DNA of 64,000 nucleotides from Desulfobulbales bacterium (GTDB lineage Bacteria; Desulfobacterota; Desulfobulbia; Desulfobulbales; BM004): NCBI GenBank assembly GCA_041599275.1, contig JBFHWX010000001.1, positions 1,337 to 65,336 of the forward strand, read 5' to 3'. Shown piece by piece: positions 27,272 to 35,940 of this stretch (position 1 is its first letter; each line of letters starts with the position of its first letter). The notes under the pieces were generated by a model. It saw only the letters and a program-made list of their open reading frames with translations, ran no database searches and was not told where the DNA came from. The position numbers and the translations under genes were made by a program.

Positions 27272-28345
27272 ATGCAGATAGATTTCCATCATGCCGTCAC
27301 CTACGTTGCCGCCCGCATCGCCGATTTTTCCCATGCCGAAAGCGAAGTCATCGCCTACGCGGCCCAGTACGTCGACGACGCCACCTCCAGTGGCACGGTG
27401 GTCTTCACCAACAAGGCGATGTACAGCCGTATCAGCTCGGCCCACAAGGCGGTGGACCCCCGCAACATGAACGACATCCAGAACCATCTGGTCTGGATCC
27501 CCTTTCACTTCCTGCCCGGCAACGGCGGCCTGCCCGCCGGCCAGAGCCCGGAAGGTTCCTTTGTCAAGAAACTGGTCTGCCACCCCGACTCACCCATCGC
27601 CCAGGACATGATCCGCCAGGTCATTGCCGACAAAGTCTCGGCGGATGGCAAGGAGCGGCCCGACCACCTGCACCGCCTGGGCATCACCATGCATGTGTAC
27701 GCCGATACCTGGAGCCACCAGGGCTTCGCGGGCGTGCTGCACCAGGTCAACGAGGTGGACAAGGCCAGGGAAACCAGCCAAACCGGCGTTTTCAAGAAAC
27801 TCGACAGCCACCTGGCAAACCTTCTCGACGACCTCATTCCGCCCCTCGGTCACGGCCGCGCCCTGGTCCTGCCCGACATGCCTTTTCTTGCCTGGCAATA
27901 CAAGGACGGCACCGGCACGGTGCAAAAACGCGACAATACCGAGCTCTTCTGCAAGGCCGCCGACGGCATGTGCCGGGCCATGCAGCGCTACCGCCTTGCC
28001 GACCCCGAGGCCGAGGTGCCAGGCATCGGGGACCGGGACATGGCAAAGTTAAGGAATCTCTTCGCCACACTGACGGTTGAAGACGGCAACAAGCGGCACG
28101 CCGCCTGGCTCAAGGCCATAGCCCAGGGCGACTTCAGTTTCGGCAAGGCCAAGCCAACCTACGCCGAGGACGGCCGCGACTCGTGGAAAGCCAAAGCCAT
28201 CGGCACCCATATCGATATGCCGGTCTATACCTACAGCGACAGCTTCCTGACCAGCGACTGGAAGAGATTCCACGACGCCCTGCAACGTCACAGGATCACC
28301 GTGCTGCACGATATCCTGCCGCGTTACGGAATTTGTGCGGCGTGA
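27272..28345 (+). CDS. His/Asp-rich hypothetical protein (possible Zn-dependent PLC/P1-nuclease-like hydrolase)
   Basis: Strong RBS AAGGAGGGG. Motifs FHHA near the N-terminus, YVDDA, HVYADTWSH (H-x3-D-x3-H) and LGHG. The family call is inference only. Confidence 0.7.
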   Translation: MQIDFHHAVTYVAARIADFSHAESEVIAYAAQYVDDATSSGTVVFTNKAMYSRISSAHKAVDPRNMNDIQNHLVWIPFHFLPGNGGLPAGQSPEGSFVKKLVCHPDSPIAQDMIRQVIADKVSADGKERPDHLHRLGITMHVYADTWSHQGFAGVLHQVNEVDKARETSQTGVFKKLDSHLANLLDDLIPPLGHGRALVLPDMPFLAWQYKDGTGTVQKRDNTELFCKAADGMCRAMQRYRLADPEAEVPGIGDRDMAKLRNLFATLTVEDGNKRHAAWLKAIAQGDFSFGKAKPTYAEDGRDSWKAKAIGTHIDMPVYTYSDSFLTSDWKRFHDALQRHRITVLHDILPRYGICAA

Positions 28346-28352
28346 GGCAAGG

Positions 28353-28380
28353 GCAAAGGCTAAAGGTAAAAGGTTAAAGG
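28353..28380 (+). repeat. Four tandem heptads NNAAAGG (GCAAAGG CTAAAGG TAAAAGG TTAAAGG) in an intercistronic spacer
   Basis: Read directly. Preceded by GCAAGG and followed by GGGGAAGCG ATG. Resembles the array at 13357-13384. Confidence 0.85.
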
Positions 28381-28389
28381 GGGGAAGCG

Positions 28390-30801
28390 ATGAACGACTT
28401 TCTTGATTCTGCCAACTTTCCTGGTTTGACTGGAGAAGAAGCCGCCCGCCTGCAACACGGGCTCGACGCGGCGCGGCGCGCCTGGTTTCAGGACGGCATC
28501 CTGCCGGGGCTCGGCCGCATGCAGCGGATCCTGGCCGACAACAACCGGCGCGACGAGTGGGACGACGTCTTCGCCAGGCTCCTGGTCCTCTTTCAGTGCG
28601 GCAGAAGCGTTCCCCTCGACGGGCCGATGATCGGCGTACCACTGGCCATCCGCGACACTGATTATTTCCGGCAAACCGCTCGCTTCTTCGGCCGCGACCG
28701 GTCGCTTGTCGCCGACATCGAGTGGATGGCCACCGCCTGGAACTGCACCTTCGCCGATTCGGGCCTGTGGATGGGCAAAACCTTCGAGCCCCTGGCCCGC
28801 GACGCGTTCGCCGCCCGCTGCGGCAACGACCCCGCCGCCATGGCAGGATTCGACCCGCGGTCGAGCCGCATCGGCCGCAATTTTTTCCGGCAGCCGCCGG
28901 ATCCCCATGGCATCCAGCCCCTGGGCCTGCCGGTGCTCAGCCGGCTCTGGCGCTTGCAGGACCGCCCCCTGCACCCCGGTGCGGCGGATTTCGACGCCGA
29001 TCTGCAGGCAGCTCACCTGGTCAAGGAGCAGCGCATCCCCTACTCGATGACCGGCGGCTTCTTCCTGGCCCAGCCAGGCCATTCGGTGGTGCCGGAGATG
29101 AACGGCAAACCGGTATATCAATTAAATTACCGGTGGCCGGCCTTTGACCCGCCCTATCCCATGACCCGCCTGGTCGACGAATTGGTGCAGGTGGCGAGCG
29201 GCGTCTACCTGGGCCAACTGGTGATGGCCAGCCGCCATTACAGCCTTGGTTCCATCGAAGTACCGCTTCTCGGCTTCGGCGAGCGCCGCATCGACCTCGG
29301 CGAACCGTACCGGCCCGAGGAGGGAAAGGATTACGGCTACCAGAACAACGGCTTCTTCCTGATGATCGACCCGGATCTCGCCCGCGAGGCATACAGCGAC
29401 CCGGTCTTTCCCCACCTCAGGCCGCGGCCCGGCGAGCAGGGCTACGAGGAACTGGGCTACGGCAAACGCGGCAACGCCGCGCCTTTTTCACCCGCCACCC
29501 GGTCAGCAGCTCAACCCCTGGACAGTCGTGACTGGCTGCAGGACTGGCGCCGGGACCCGGCCCTGCTGCATAAGTTCACCACCTTCTGTTTCGAAGAGTC
29601 GCCCTGCGCCGGCGATCCCGATCTCGGCTCATTGCGGCATCCCGACGAGTCGGTCCTGCAGGCGATCCAGCGGCTGCAGGGAGAAATCGGCGCCCGCAGC
29701 CGGTTCGACGACGACCTCCGCCACTTCGAAGAGCTGCACCGCCTGTTCCGGGCCGGCATCGCCCCGAAGGTGGAAAACGGTCTCTTCCACGGTCAGGGCC
29801 GGGGCTTCAACACCCGCTTCGATGCCCCTGAGGAACGCAAATGGTACGGCAGGCTGGATCCCTGCCTCGGTTTCGACCACTACCACGGCGCCACCATCAA
29901 CCTGCACTGCGGTCTGGGAGACACGGCAAGGCAGCGGACCGCGGCCCTCGACGAGGAGCAGCTGCTGCCGAGCGGCGTCGCCCTGGCACTGCAGAAAGGC
30001 GACAGCCCCAACCTGCTCGACACGGTGTGGGCCGCCATCGGCCGCTGCATCTTTCCCTGGGCCGGCAAGTCCTTCGAAAAAGTGAGCCCCCGCAAGCTCT
30101 CCATGCTGCTCGACGAGTCCGATGACCTCAGAAAACGCTACCCCGAGCGGGTGGCCGAGCTCCGGCGGCACCCGGCAAGCTGGCCCCACTACGATCTGGT
30201 CAAGAAGAACGAAAGCCATCACTGGCCTGCTCCCGGGGCCTACGCCGCGCACCTTTCCTCCGGTTCCTGGGACTCCTCGATGAACGACGTTGACCGCGCC
30301 TTCTGGGAAGGAGAAGCCGGCAGCCGCTGGGTGTTCGGCACCAACCTCCAGGACCGCCGCATCCTGCCGGTGGACCCCCTCTTCCGGGTGCTGGACATGA
30401 ACTACGGGCCGCCGCTGCCGTCGATCCAGCGCTTGGCCAACGGCGGGCCCTCGCCCTTTGTGCGCCAGGGCTACATCTTTCTCGGCGCTTCGGAGCGCGA
30501 CTCCATTCTGGCCATGAACAACGGCGACCGGGGGATGAAAAAGGTGTTCCAGTTCCATTACCGCTTCCCGATGCTCGGCGGCGCCGCCCCCATCGGGCTC
30601 TGCCTCGACGAAATCGTCGAGATCGCCGAAGGCCTCTTCCTGGGCCAGCTCATCTACAGCACCGCGCTCACCCAGCCCTTCCATTCCTCGGTGGCTCCAG
30701 CGGCGTACGAGTACCGGCTCTTCGGCTATTTCCTGCTCCTCGACGACGACTGGCAACGCCACCGGCTGGCCATCGGCTTCGACACTCTTCCAGGCCTGTA
30801 A
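28390..30801 (+). CDS. 803-aa hypothetical protein with two tandem GXWXG/DUF4334-like modules
   Basis: Internal duplication: GLWMGKTFEP / FPWAGKSFEK, and YQLNYRWP..VDELVQVASGVYLGQLV..GFFLMID / FQFHYRFP..LDEIVEIAEGLFLGQLI..GYFLLLD. Confidence 0.75.
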   Translation: MNDFLDSANFPGLTGEEAARLQHGLDAARRAWFQDGILPGLGRMQRILADNNRRDEWDDVFARLLVLFQCGRSVPLDGPMIGVPLAIRDTDYFRQTARFFGRDRSLVADIEWMATAWNCTFADSGLWMGKTFEPLARDAFAARCGNDPAAMAGFDPRSSRIGRNFFRQPPDPHGIQPLGLPVLSRLWRLQDRPLHPGAADFDADLQAAHLVKEQRIPYSMTGGFFLAQPGHSVVPEMNGKPVYQLNYRWPAFDPPYPMTRLVDELVQVASGVYLGQLVMASRHYSLGSIEVPLLGFGERRIDLGEPYRPEEGKDYGYQNNGFFLMIDPDLAREAYSDPVFPHLRPRPGEQGYEELGYGKRGNAAPFSPATRSAAQPLDSRDWLQDWRRDPALLHKFTTFCFEESPCAGDPDLGSLRHPDESVLQAIQRLQGEIGARSRFDDDLRHFEELHRLFRAGIAPKVENGLFHGQGRGFNTRFDAPEERKWYGRLDPCLGFDHYHGATINLHCGLGDTARQRTAALDEEQLLPSGVALALQKGDSPNLLDTVWAAIGRCIFPWAGKSFEKVSPRKLSMLLDESDDLRKRYPERVAELRRHPASWPHYDLVKKNESHHWPAPGAYAAHLSSGSWDSSMNDVDRAFWEGEAGSRWVFGTNLQDRRILPVDPLFRVLDMNYGPPLPSIQRLANGGPSPFVRQGYIFLGASERDSILAMNNGDRGMKKVFQFHYRFPMLGGAAPIGLCLDEIVEIAEGLFLGQLIYSTALTQPFHSSVAPAAYEYRLFGYFLLLDDDWQRHRLAIGFDTLPGL

Positions 30802-30822
30802 ACAAGACAGCGAGGGGATCCC

Positions 30823-32229
30823 ATGGACGCCGAAAGACTTCAGCAGGTCAACAGGAACCTGGCCAACATTCAGGATTGGCGGATGAACCAGAGCGCCGAA
30901 GGCCTGATCGGCAAGTTTCTCGAATACGAAAACCTCATCTCCCGCTTCGAGGACGAAGCAGACCCTCGGCGCAAACAGATCGTCATCTTCTGCCGCGACA
31001 AGCTGGAAGAAGCCCGGGTCGCCATTTTCCCGGTCAAGTGGTACCGTCCGTGGCACCGCAAGACCTTCCTGGCCTGGCGCCTCCTGCACCGGGTGGCCGA
31101 GGAGCTGATCCTGCTCATGGACTGCCAGGAACTCCAGGCATATGGTCCTCGCCTTGCCCAGGAAGTGCGGATGGCGCCGGTCCCCAAGGAGGCGGCAGGT
31201 GCGGCGGTGGCGCGGATCGATTCCCTTCTCGAAAAGCTGGGTAATCCTGCCCCCACGGCCGCAGACATCAAACTGACAGCATGCCATTACCGAAACATAT
31301 TGAAAATGGTCAACGACGCCGTCGATGACCGGTTCTGGAACATCTGGGTGCAAAAACTCCTGGCCCTGTGCTACGCCCTGCTCCTCATTGTGGCCGGCTA
31401 TTTTCTGTTCTTCGGCAGCCAGCTTGATGGAATCCTGGCCCTGGCTGGAACCCCTTGTCCGGAGGCAATCACGCCTGACAGGGAGAAAAATGTTGTCTGC
31501 AGCATCGCCATCCTGCTGGCCGGCGCCGTGGGCGGCCTGCTGAGCGGCATCCTCACCGGCGAGCGGGAATCGATCCCCAAGAGCCATTTCCTGGTGCCGA
31601 TCTCCTACTATCTCCTGGCCCGGCCATTGATCGGCGCCGCCGCTGCCCTTGCGGTGTTCTGGGCGGTGGAGAGCGAGTTCCTTCTGCGCATCCAGGTCGC
31701 CTCGCCCACAGCAAGAGAAGCGAACCACAACACGAGTCCGACGGGCACTGCAGTCTCCGGCCAGAACGAAAAAACGGCAAACGGCCCCGAACAGGTCGCG
31801 CCCCGGACAGAGAAAGACCAGACCGATAGCGCCGCGCAGAAACAGGCGGCTCCGGCCTTGCCCGCGGTGGCAGAGCAGAAGGTCGAAGGAAACGGCACCG
31901 AAGCGGCGGCCACAGAGGCATCGGTTAACGGAGAAACGCAACAAACGGCGGCGGATTCAGAGGGCAGCGGCGCGACCGTGTCAACCGGGCTGGCTGACGA
32001 GACAAATGCGAAAACAAACAACCAGGCAAACAACGATGACAAAACCCAGCAGGTGCTCTCCGTCTCCATGGTCACCCTGCGGGTTCCGAGCGAGGAGAAG
32101 AAAAAGTATCTCTACCTGCTGCTCCTCGTCTTTGCCGGCTTTTCCGGCGACAAGGTCTTGAAGCAGGTGGCCGACAAGGTCACCGCCCGGCTGATCAGCC
32201 AGGCGGAAAAGACGGCGGAGAGCAAGTAG
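30823..32229 (+). CDS. Polytopic membrane protein with long low-complexity (A/E/Q/T/N-rich) loop
   Basis: About 190-aa soluble N-terminal region, hydrophobic helices (LLALCYALLLIVAGYFLFF, SIAILLAGAVGGLL, LIGAAAALAVFWAV, YLYLLLLVFAGF), and about 130 aa of biased composition. Confidence 0.7.
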   Translation: MDAERLQQVNRNLANIQDWRMNQSAEGLIGKFLEYENLISRFEDEADPRRKQIVIFCRDKLEEARVAIFPVKWYRPWHRKTFLAWRLLHRVAEELILLMDCQELQAYGPRLAQEVRMAPVPKEAAGAAVARIDSLLEKLGNPAPTAADIKLTACHYRNILKMVNDAVDDRFWNIWVQKLLALCYALLLIVAGYFLFFGSQLDGILALAGTPCPEAITPDREKNVVCSIAILLAGAVGGLLSGILTGERESIPKSHFLVPISYYLLARPLIGAAAALAVFWAVESEFLLRIQVASPTAREANHNTSPTGTAVSGQNEKTANGPEQVAPRTEKDQTDSAAQKQAAPALPAVAEQKVEGNGTEAAATEASVNGETQQTAADSEGSGATVSTGLADETNAKTNNQANNDDKTQQVLSVSMVTLRVPSEEKKKYLYLLLLVFAGFSGDKVLKQVADKVTARLISQAEKTAESK

Positions 32230-32305
32230 CGGCCATTTCCCTGGCCGGCAGAAAATCCCTGGGTTCCGAGAAAGTGCGGGGTGTGCAGGCCAGAGAGTCT
32301 CCCCC

Positions 32306-33787
32306 TCAGATATTGGCCAGAAAGACCTCCACCAGATCGGGGTCGAAGTGGCTGCCGGCAAGCTCCCGGATGTGGGTTTCCACCTTCTCGCGGGGCCAGG
32401 CCTTGTGGTAGCGGCGCTCGTGGCTGAGGGCGTCCCAGATGTCGGCCAGGGCGAAGATGCGGGCGGCGATCGGTATCTGCTCGCCCTTGAGGCCCCGGGG
32501 ATAACCGGTGCCGTCCCATTTCTCGTGGTGGCAGTAGGGGATGTCCAGCGCCGGGCGAAGGTAGGCGATGGGTGCGAGCATGCGGAAGGCATATTCCGGG
32601 TGCCGGTGCATGACCGCCGTCTCCTCCTCGGTGAGCGGCCCGTCCTTCAAGAGGATCGAATCGGGAACGCCCATTTTGCCGATGTCGTGCAGCAGGGCCC
32701 CGCGCCGCACCTGCACGAGCTCCTTCTCGCTCATGCCATACACCCGCGCCACCCTGAGGGTGGTCTCCACCACCCGCACGGTGTGGCCCTCGGTTTCCTT
32801 GTCGCGCAGCTCCAGGGCATGGCCCCAGCCCTCGATGGTGGAGTCGTAGGCCAGGATGAGCTCGGTGTTCGATCGCTGCAGTTCGTTGAACAGGGTGGCG
32901 TTGTCGATGGCAATGGCCGCCTGCACCGAAAGGGCCTCGAGAAATTCAAGCCATTCCTCGCCCCCCAGGGTCCGGCCGCGCCGGAATATTTCAAAGACCC
33001 CTTTCACCTGGCCCTTGGCAAGCAGCGGCAGAGCGCAGTAACTGGTGAATTCCTCGCCTTCCAGGAGCTTCGTGCGCACGAACTTGATCTCAGGGTTCGC
33101 CATGTCGTCGATCCTCACCCGCCGCCGCTCCAGCGCCGCAGTACCGGCGCAGCCCTCGCCCAGGCGCAACCTGCTCGCTTCGATGGCCGTGGTCCGGAAC
33201 CCCCTGCCGGCGCCGAACTCCAGGGTCAGGGTATGGGGGTTCAAGAGAAGCACGGCCGCGGCATCGATCTGCAACTGGGGCATGATCTGGTCGAGAAAGA
33301 CCGCCATGGTCACCTTGAGGTCGAGGCTCGAGGTGATCATGAGGTCGATGGTGTGCAGGATGGAGAGGTGCTGCAGCCTGCTTCTGGCCTGTTGCTCCGC
33401 CTCGCGGCGGGCGGCGATCTCGGCCTCGAGCTCCTCGTTCTTTGCCAGAAGGGCGACGTTGGCCTCCTGCACCTGTTCCTCGTTGCGCCGCACCCGGTAG
33501 ATGGTGAGGCCGGTGAGCCGCATGACCAGGAAGACAAAAAAAGAGCCGCCCAGGAACACCAGGCTGGTCAGCAGTTCCAGGGGAAAGGCAATGCCCCGCA
33601 CCTGCACGAAGAGATGAAGGAGATAACCGGCCAGAAAGAAGGCCACCAGGCAGGTCATGGTTACCCACCGGGAACGAAGATGTCCGGGCACCTGCCGGTG
33701 CAGCCGCATGGAGGCCACCAGGGAGAAGAGCATGAAGCAAATGCCCGGCAGGATGATCAGGGTCGAGAGAGCGTGCAGTGAAAACAT
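32306..33787 (-). CDS. Membrane-anchored GAF / HD-GYP protein (putative c-di-GMP phosphodiesterase)
   Basis: N-terminal TM helices, a coiled coil and a GAF domain, then HDIGKMGVP and HHEKWDGTGYP motifs. Confidence 0.85.
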   Translation of the reverse strand: MFSLHALSTLIILPGICFMLFSLVASMRLHRQVPGHLRSRWVTMTCLVAFFLAGYLLHLFVQVRGIAFPLELLTSLVFLGGSFFVFLVMRLTGLTIYRVRRNEEQVQEANVALLAKNEELEAEIAARREAEQQARSRLQHLSILHTIDLMITSSLDLKVTMAVFLDQIMPQLQIDAAAVLLLNPHTLTLEFGAGRGFRTTAIEASRLRLGEGCAGTAALERRRVRIDDMANPEIKFVRTKLLEGEEFTSYCALPLLAKGQVKGVFEIFRRGRTLGGEEWLEFLEALSVQAAIAIDNATLFNELQRSNTELILAYDSTIEGWGHALELRDKETEGHTVRVVETTLRVARVYGMSEKELVQVRRGALLHDIGKMGVPDSILLKDGPLTEEETAVMHRHPEYAFRMLAPIAYLRPALDIPYCHHEKWDGTGYPRGLKGEQIPIAARIFALADIWDALSHERRYHKAWPREKVETHIRELAGSHFDPDLVEVFLANI

Positions 33788-33905
33788 CCAGAACCTCTTC
33801 GGCGCCCGGAGAAGAGCGCCCGCTGACGGTTGAAAAAACGCGGGGAAGGCCCGAATACCCCATGGCCCGGCAGGTTGTCAACGGCTTCCGCCTGCGGGCT
33901 GCGGC

Positions 33906-34568
33906 TCAGTCCTCTTTTCCGGCAGAAGAGTATGCTCCCGTTGCTCCGCGGCGCTGCCGGTGGCGCTTGAATTCCTTGAGCCGGTAGTGGGTTTCCCGAT
34001 CCCGCTCGGCGATGTGCTGGGCAATGTTTTTTATCCTTTCCTGCAAACCGGGCAGGATTTTTTCCTCCAGCACCCGCATACGCCGGGTGGTTCTCTGCAC
34101 CTCCCGGCCCAACCGCCGGATCTTGTTGTCGTGCTCGGCCAGGGCCACCAGCAGATCGACGATCCGTTCAAAGGAGGAGGCCGCCTCCTCCACCACCGGC
34201 GGGGTGAAGCGGTAGTCCCAGCCCCGGTCGGTGACCTCCCGCACCGCTGATTCGGTGGCGCTGATCTCCTTGTACGGCACCCCCCAGAGCTTTTTCGCAC
34301 CCACCGTGATCCGGTAGTCTCGGCGCCCGCTGAAGGCGAGGGCAGCCATACCGTCCTCGCCCAGCAGGGCCAGGGATGCCTGCAGGCTGGAGCAGGCGGT
34401 GCCGTAGAGAGCACGCAGCCGGCGCCGGGACTCGAGATACGGGACGCTGGTCTGCAGCAGCTCGGCGATCAAAGCCTGGCGCCGGGAGACGAGAATTTCG
34501 ACGCTGCCGCGGACCGAGCGCACCCGGTCTTTCAAGAGAAGAAGATTTGTGCGGGTGGGGGTTATCAT
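33906..34568 (-). CDS. atpD: A/V-type ATPase subunit D
   Basis: Starts MITPTRTNLLLLKDR... Coiled-coil central stalk protein. ATGA overlap with subunit B. Last gene of the operon. Confidence 0.85.
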   Translation of the reverse strand: MITPTRTNLLLLKDRVRSVRGSVEILVSRRQALIAELLQTSVPYLESRRRLRALYGTACSSLQASLALLGEDGMAALAFSGRRDYRITVGAKKLWGVPYKEISATESAVREVTDRGWDYRFTPPVVEEAASSFERIVDLLVALAEHDNKIRRLGREVQRTTRRMRVLEEKILPGLQERIKNIAQHIAERDRETHYRLKEFKRHRQRRGATGAYSSAGKED

Positions 34569-35935
34569 GCCGACGGTTCCTCGCCCAGTTTTTCTTGCAC
34601 TGGCGGCCCGAGCCCGGCGTCGAGCCCGAAGCGGCGCAGAAGACTCCAGCCGAGATCGAGGCTCTTGCCGATGGAGCGCGACGCTTCGCCCTGGTGGATG
34701 AACTCTTCTTCGAAGGCGGCGGCGAAATCGAGGCCCAGCAGATCGCGCTCGCTCATGCCATCGCGGCCGATGATGGCCTCGAGCTTTTTGAGCTCCCTGC
34801 CCCGGGCGTAGTTTTTGTATAAAAGATTGGCGAGTTGCCGGTGATCCTCCCGGGTGCGGCCCGCGCCGATACCCTTCTGCATGAGGCGGGAGAGGCTCGG
34901 CAGCACGTCCACCGGCGGGAACAGGTCGCGCCGGTGCAGGCCGCGGTGGAGCACGATCTGGCCCTCGGTGATGTAACCGGTGAGGTCGGGAATCGGGTGG
35001 GTGATGTCGTCCTCGGGCATGTTCACCACCGGCAGGATGGTCACCGAGCCCGGCAGGCCACGCACCCGGCCGGCCCGCTCGAAAAGGGAGGCGAGGTCCG
35101 AGTACATGTACCCCGGGTAGCCCCGCCGGCCCGGCAGTTCCTCGCGGGCATTGGAAATCTCGCGCAACGCGTCGCAGTAATTGGTGACGTCGGTGATCAC
35201 CGCCAGCACGTTCTTGCCGTGCTCGTAAGCCAGGTATTCGGCCACGGTGAGGGCGAAGCGGGGAGCGAGCAGCCGCTCCATGACCGGGTCGCCGGCCATG
35301 TTGATGAAACCGATGAAGTCGGACTCGGTGCGCTGCAGCGTGTCCATGTAGTAGGCGTACTCGGTGAAGGTGAGACCGAGGGCGACGAAGATCACCACGA
35401 ACTCGCCGCCTTCGGCAAGCCGGGCATGGCGCAGGATGCCGCCCACCAGCTCCTTGGTGGGCAGGCCGGAGCCGGAAAAGACCGGCAGCTTCTGGCCACG
35501 CACCAGGCTATTGAGCACGTCGATGGCCGAAATGCCGGTCTCGATGAACTGGTGCGGCACGTCCCGGGCCACCGGGTTGATGGGTTTGCCGCTGATCGGC
35601 GCCCATTTCTCCGGCAGAAATGCGGGTAGCCCGTCCAGAGGCTGGAAGGAACCGCTGAACACCCGGCCGATGACCTCCGGCGACAGAGGCGCGGTGCTCA
35701 CCGCATCGCTGAACTCGACCCTGGTCCGCAGGCCGTCCAACCCCTGGGTATCGCCGTAGAGCTGCACGAGCACGTCGCGTTCGCTGATCTGCAGGACCTC
35801 GCCGGCCAGGCGGCCGCCATCCGGGGCCACCACCGTGACAATCTCGCCGATCCGCGCCTGGCGAACGTTGCGCACGAAGAGAAGCTGGCCGGAGATGGAG
35901 CCGATGCTTCGGTAGATGTGAGTCGACAGGCGCAT
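34565..35935 (-). CDS. atpB: A/V-type ATPase subunit B
   Basis: 456 aa with ..GQKLPVFSGSGLP.. and PGRRGYPGYMYSDLA motifs. Confidence 0.92.
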   Translation of the reverse strand: MRLSTHIYRSIGSISGQLLFVRNVRQARIGEIVTVVAPDGGRLAGEVLQISERDVLVQLYGDTQGLDGLRTRVEFSDAVSTAPLSPEVIGRVFSGSFQPLDGLPAFLPEKWAPISGKPINPVARDVPHQFIETGISAIDVLNSLVRGQKLPVFSGSGLPTKELVGGILRHARLAEGGEFVVIFVALGLTFTEYAYYMDTLQRTESDFIGFINMAGDPVMERLLAPRFALTVAEYLAYEHGKNVLAVITDVTNYCDALREISNAREELPGRRGYPGYMYSDLASLFERAGRVRGLPGSVTILPVVNMPEDDITHPIPDLTGYITEGQIVLHRGLHRRDLFPPVDVLPSLSRLMQKGIGAGRTREDHRQLANLLYKNYARGRELKKLEAIIGRDGMSERDLLGLDFAAAFEEEFIHQGEASRSIGKSLDLGWSLLRRFGLDAGLGPPVQEKLGEEPSA

Positions 35936-35940
35936 GGGGC

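Noticed and set aside
29629-31944. 771-aa minus-strand ORF
   Set aside because: It is antisense to two well-supported plus-strand genes with RBSs. Its composition is biased and it has no motifs.
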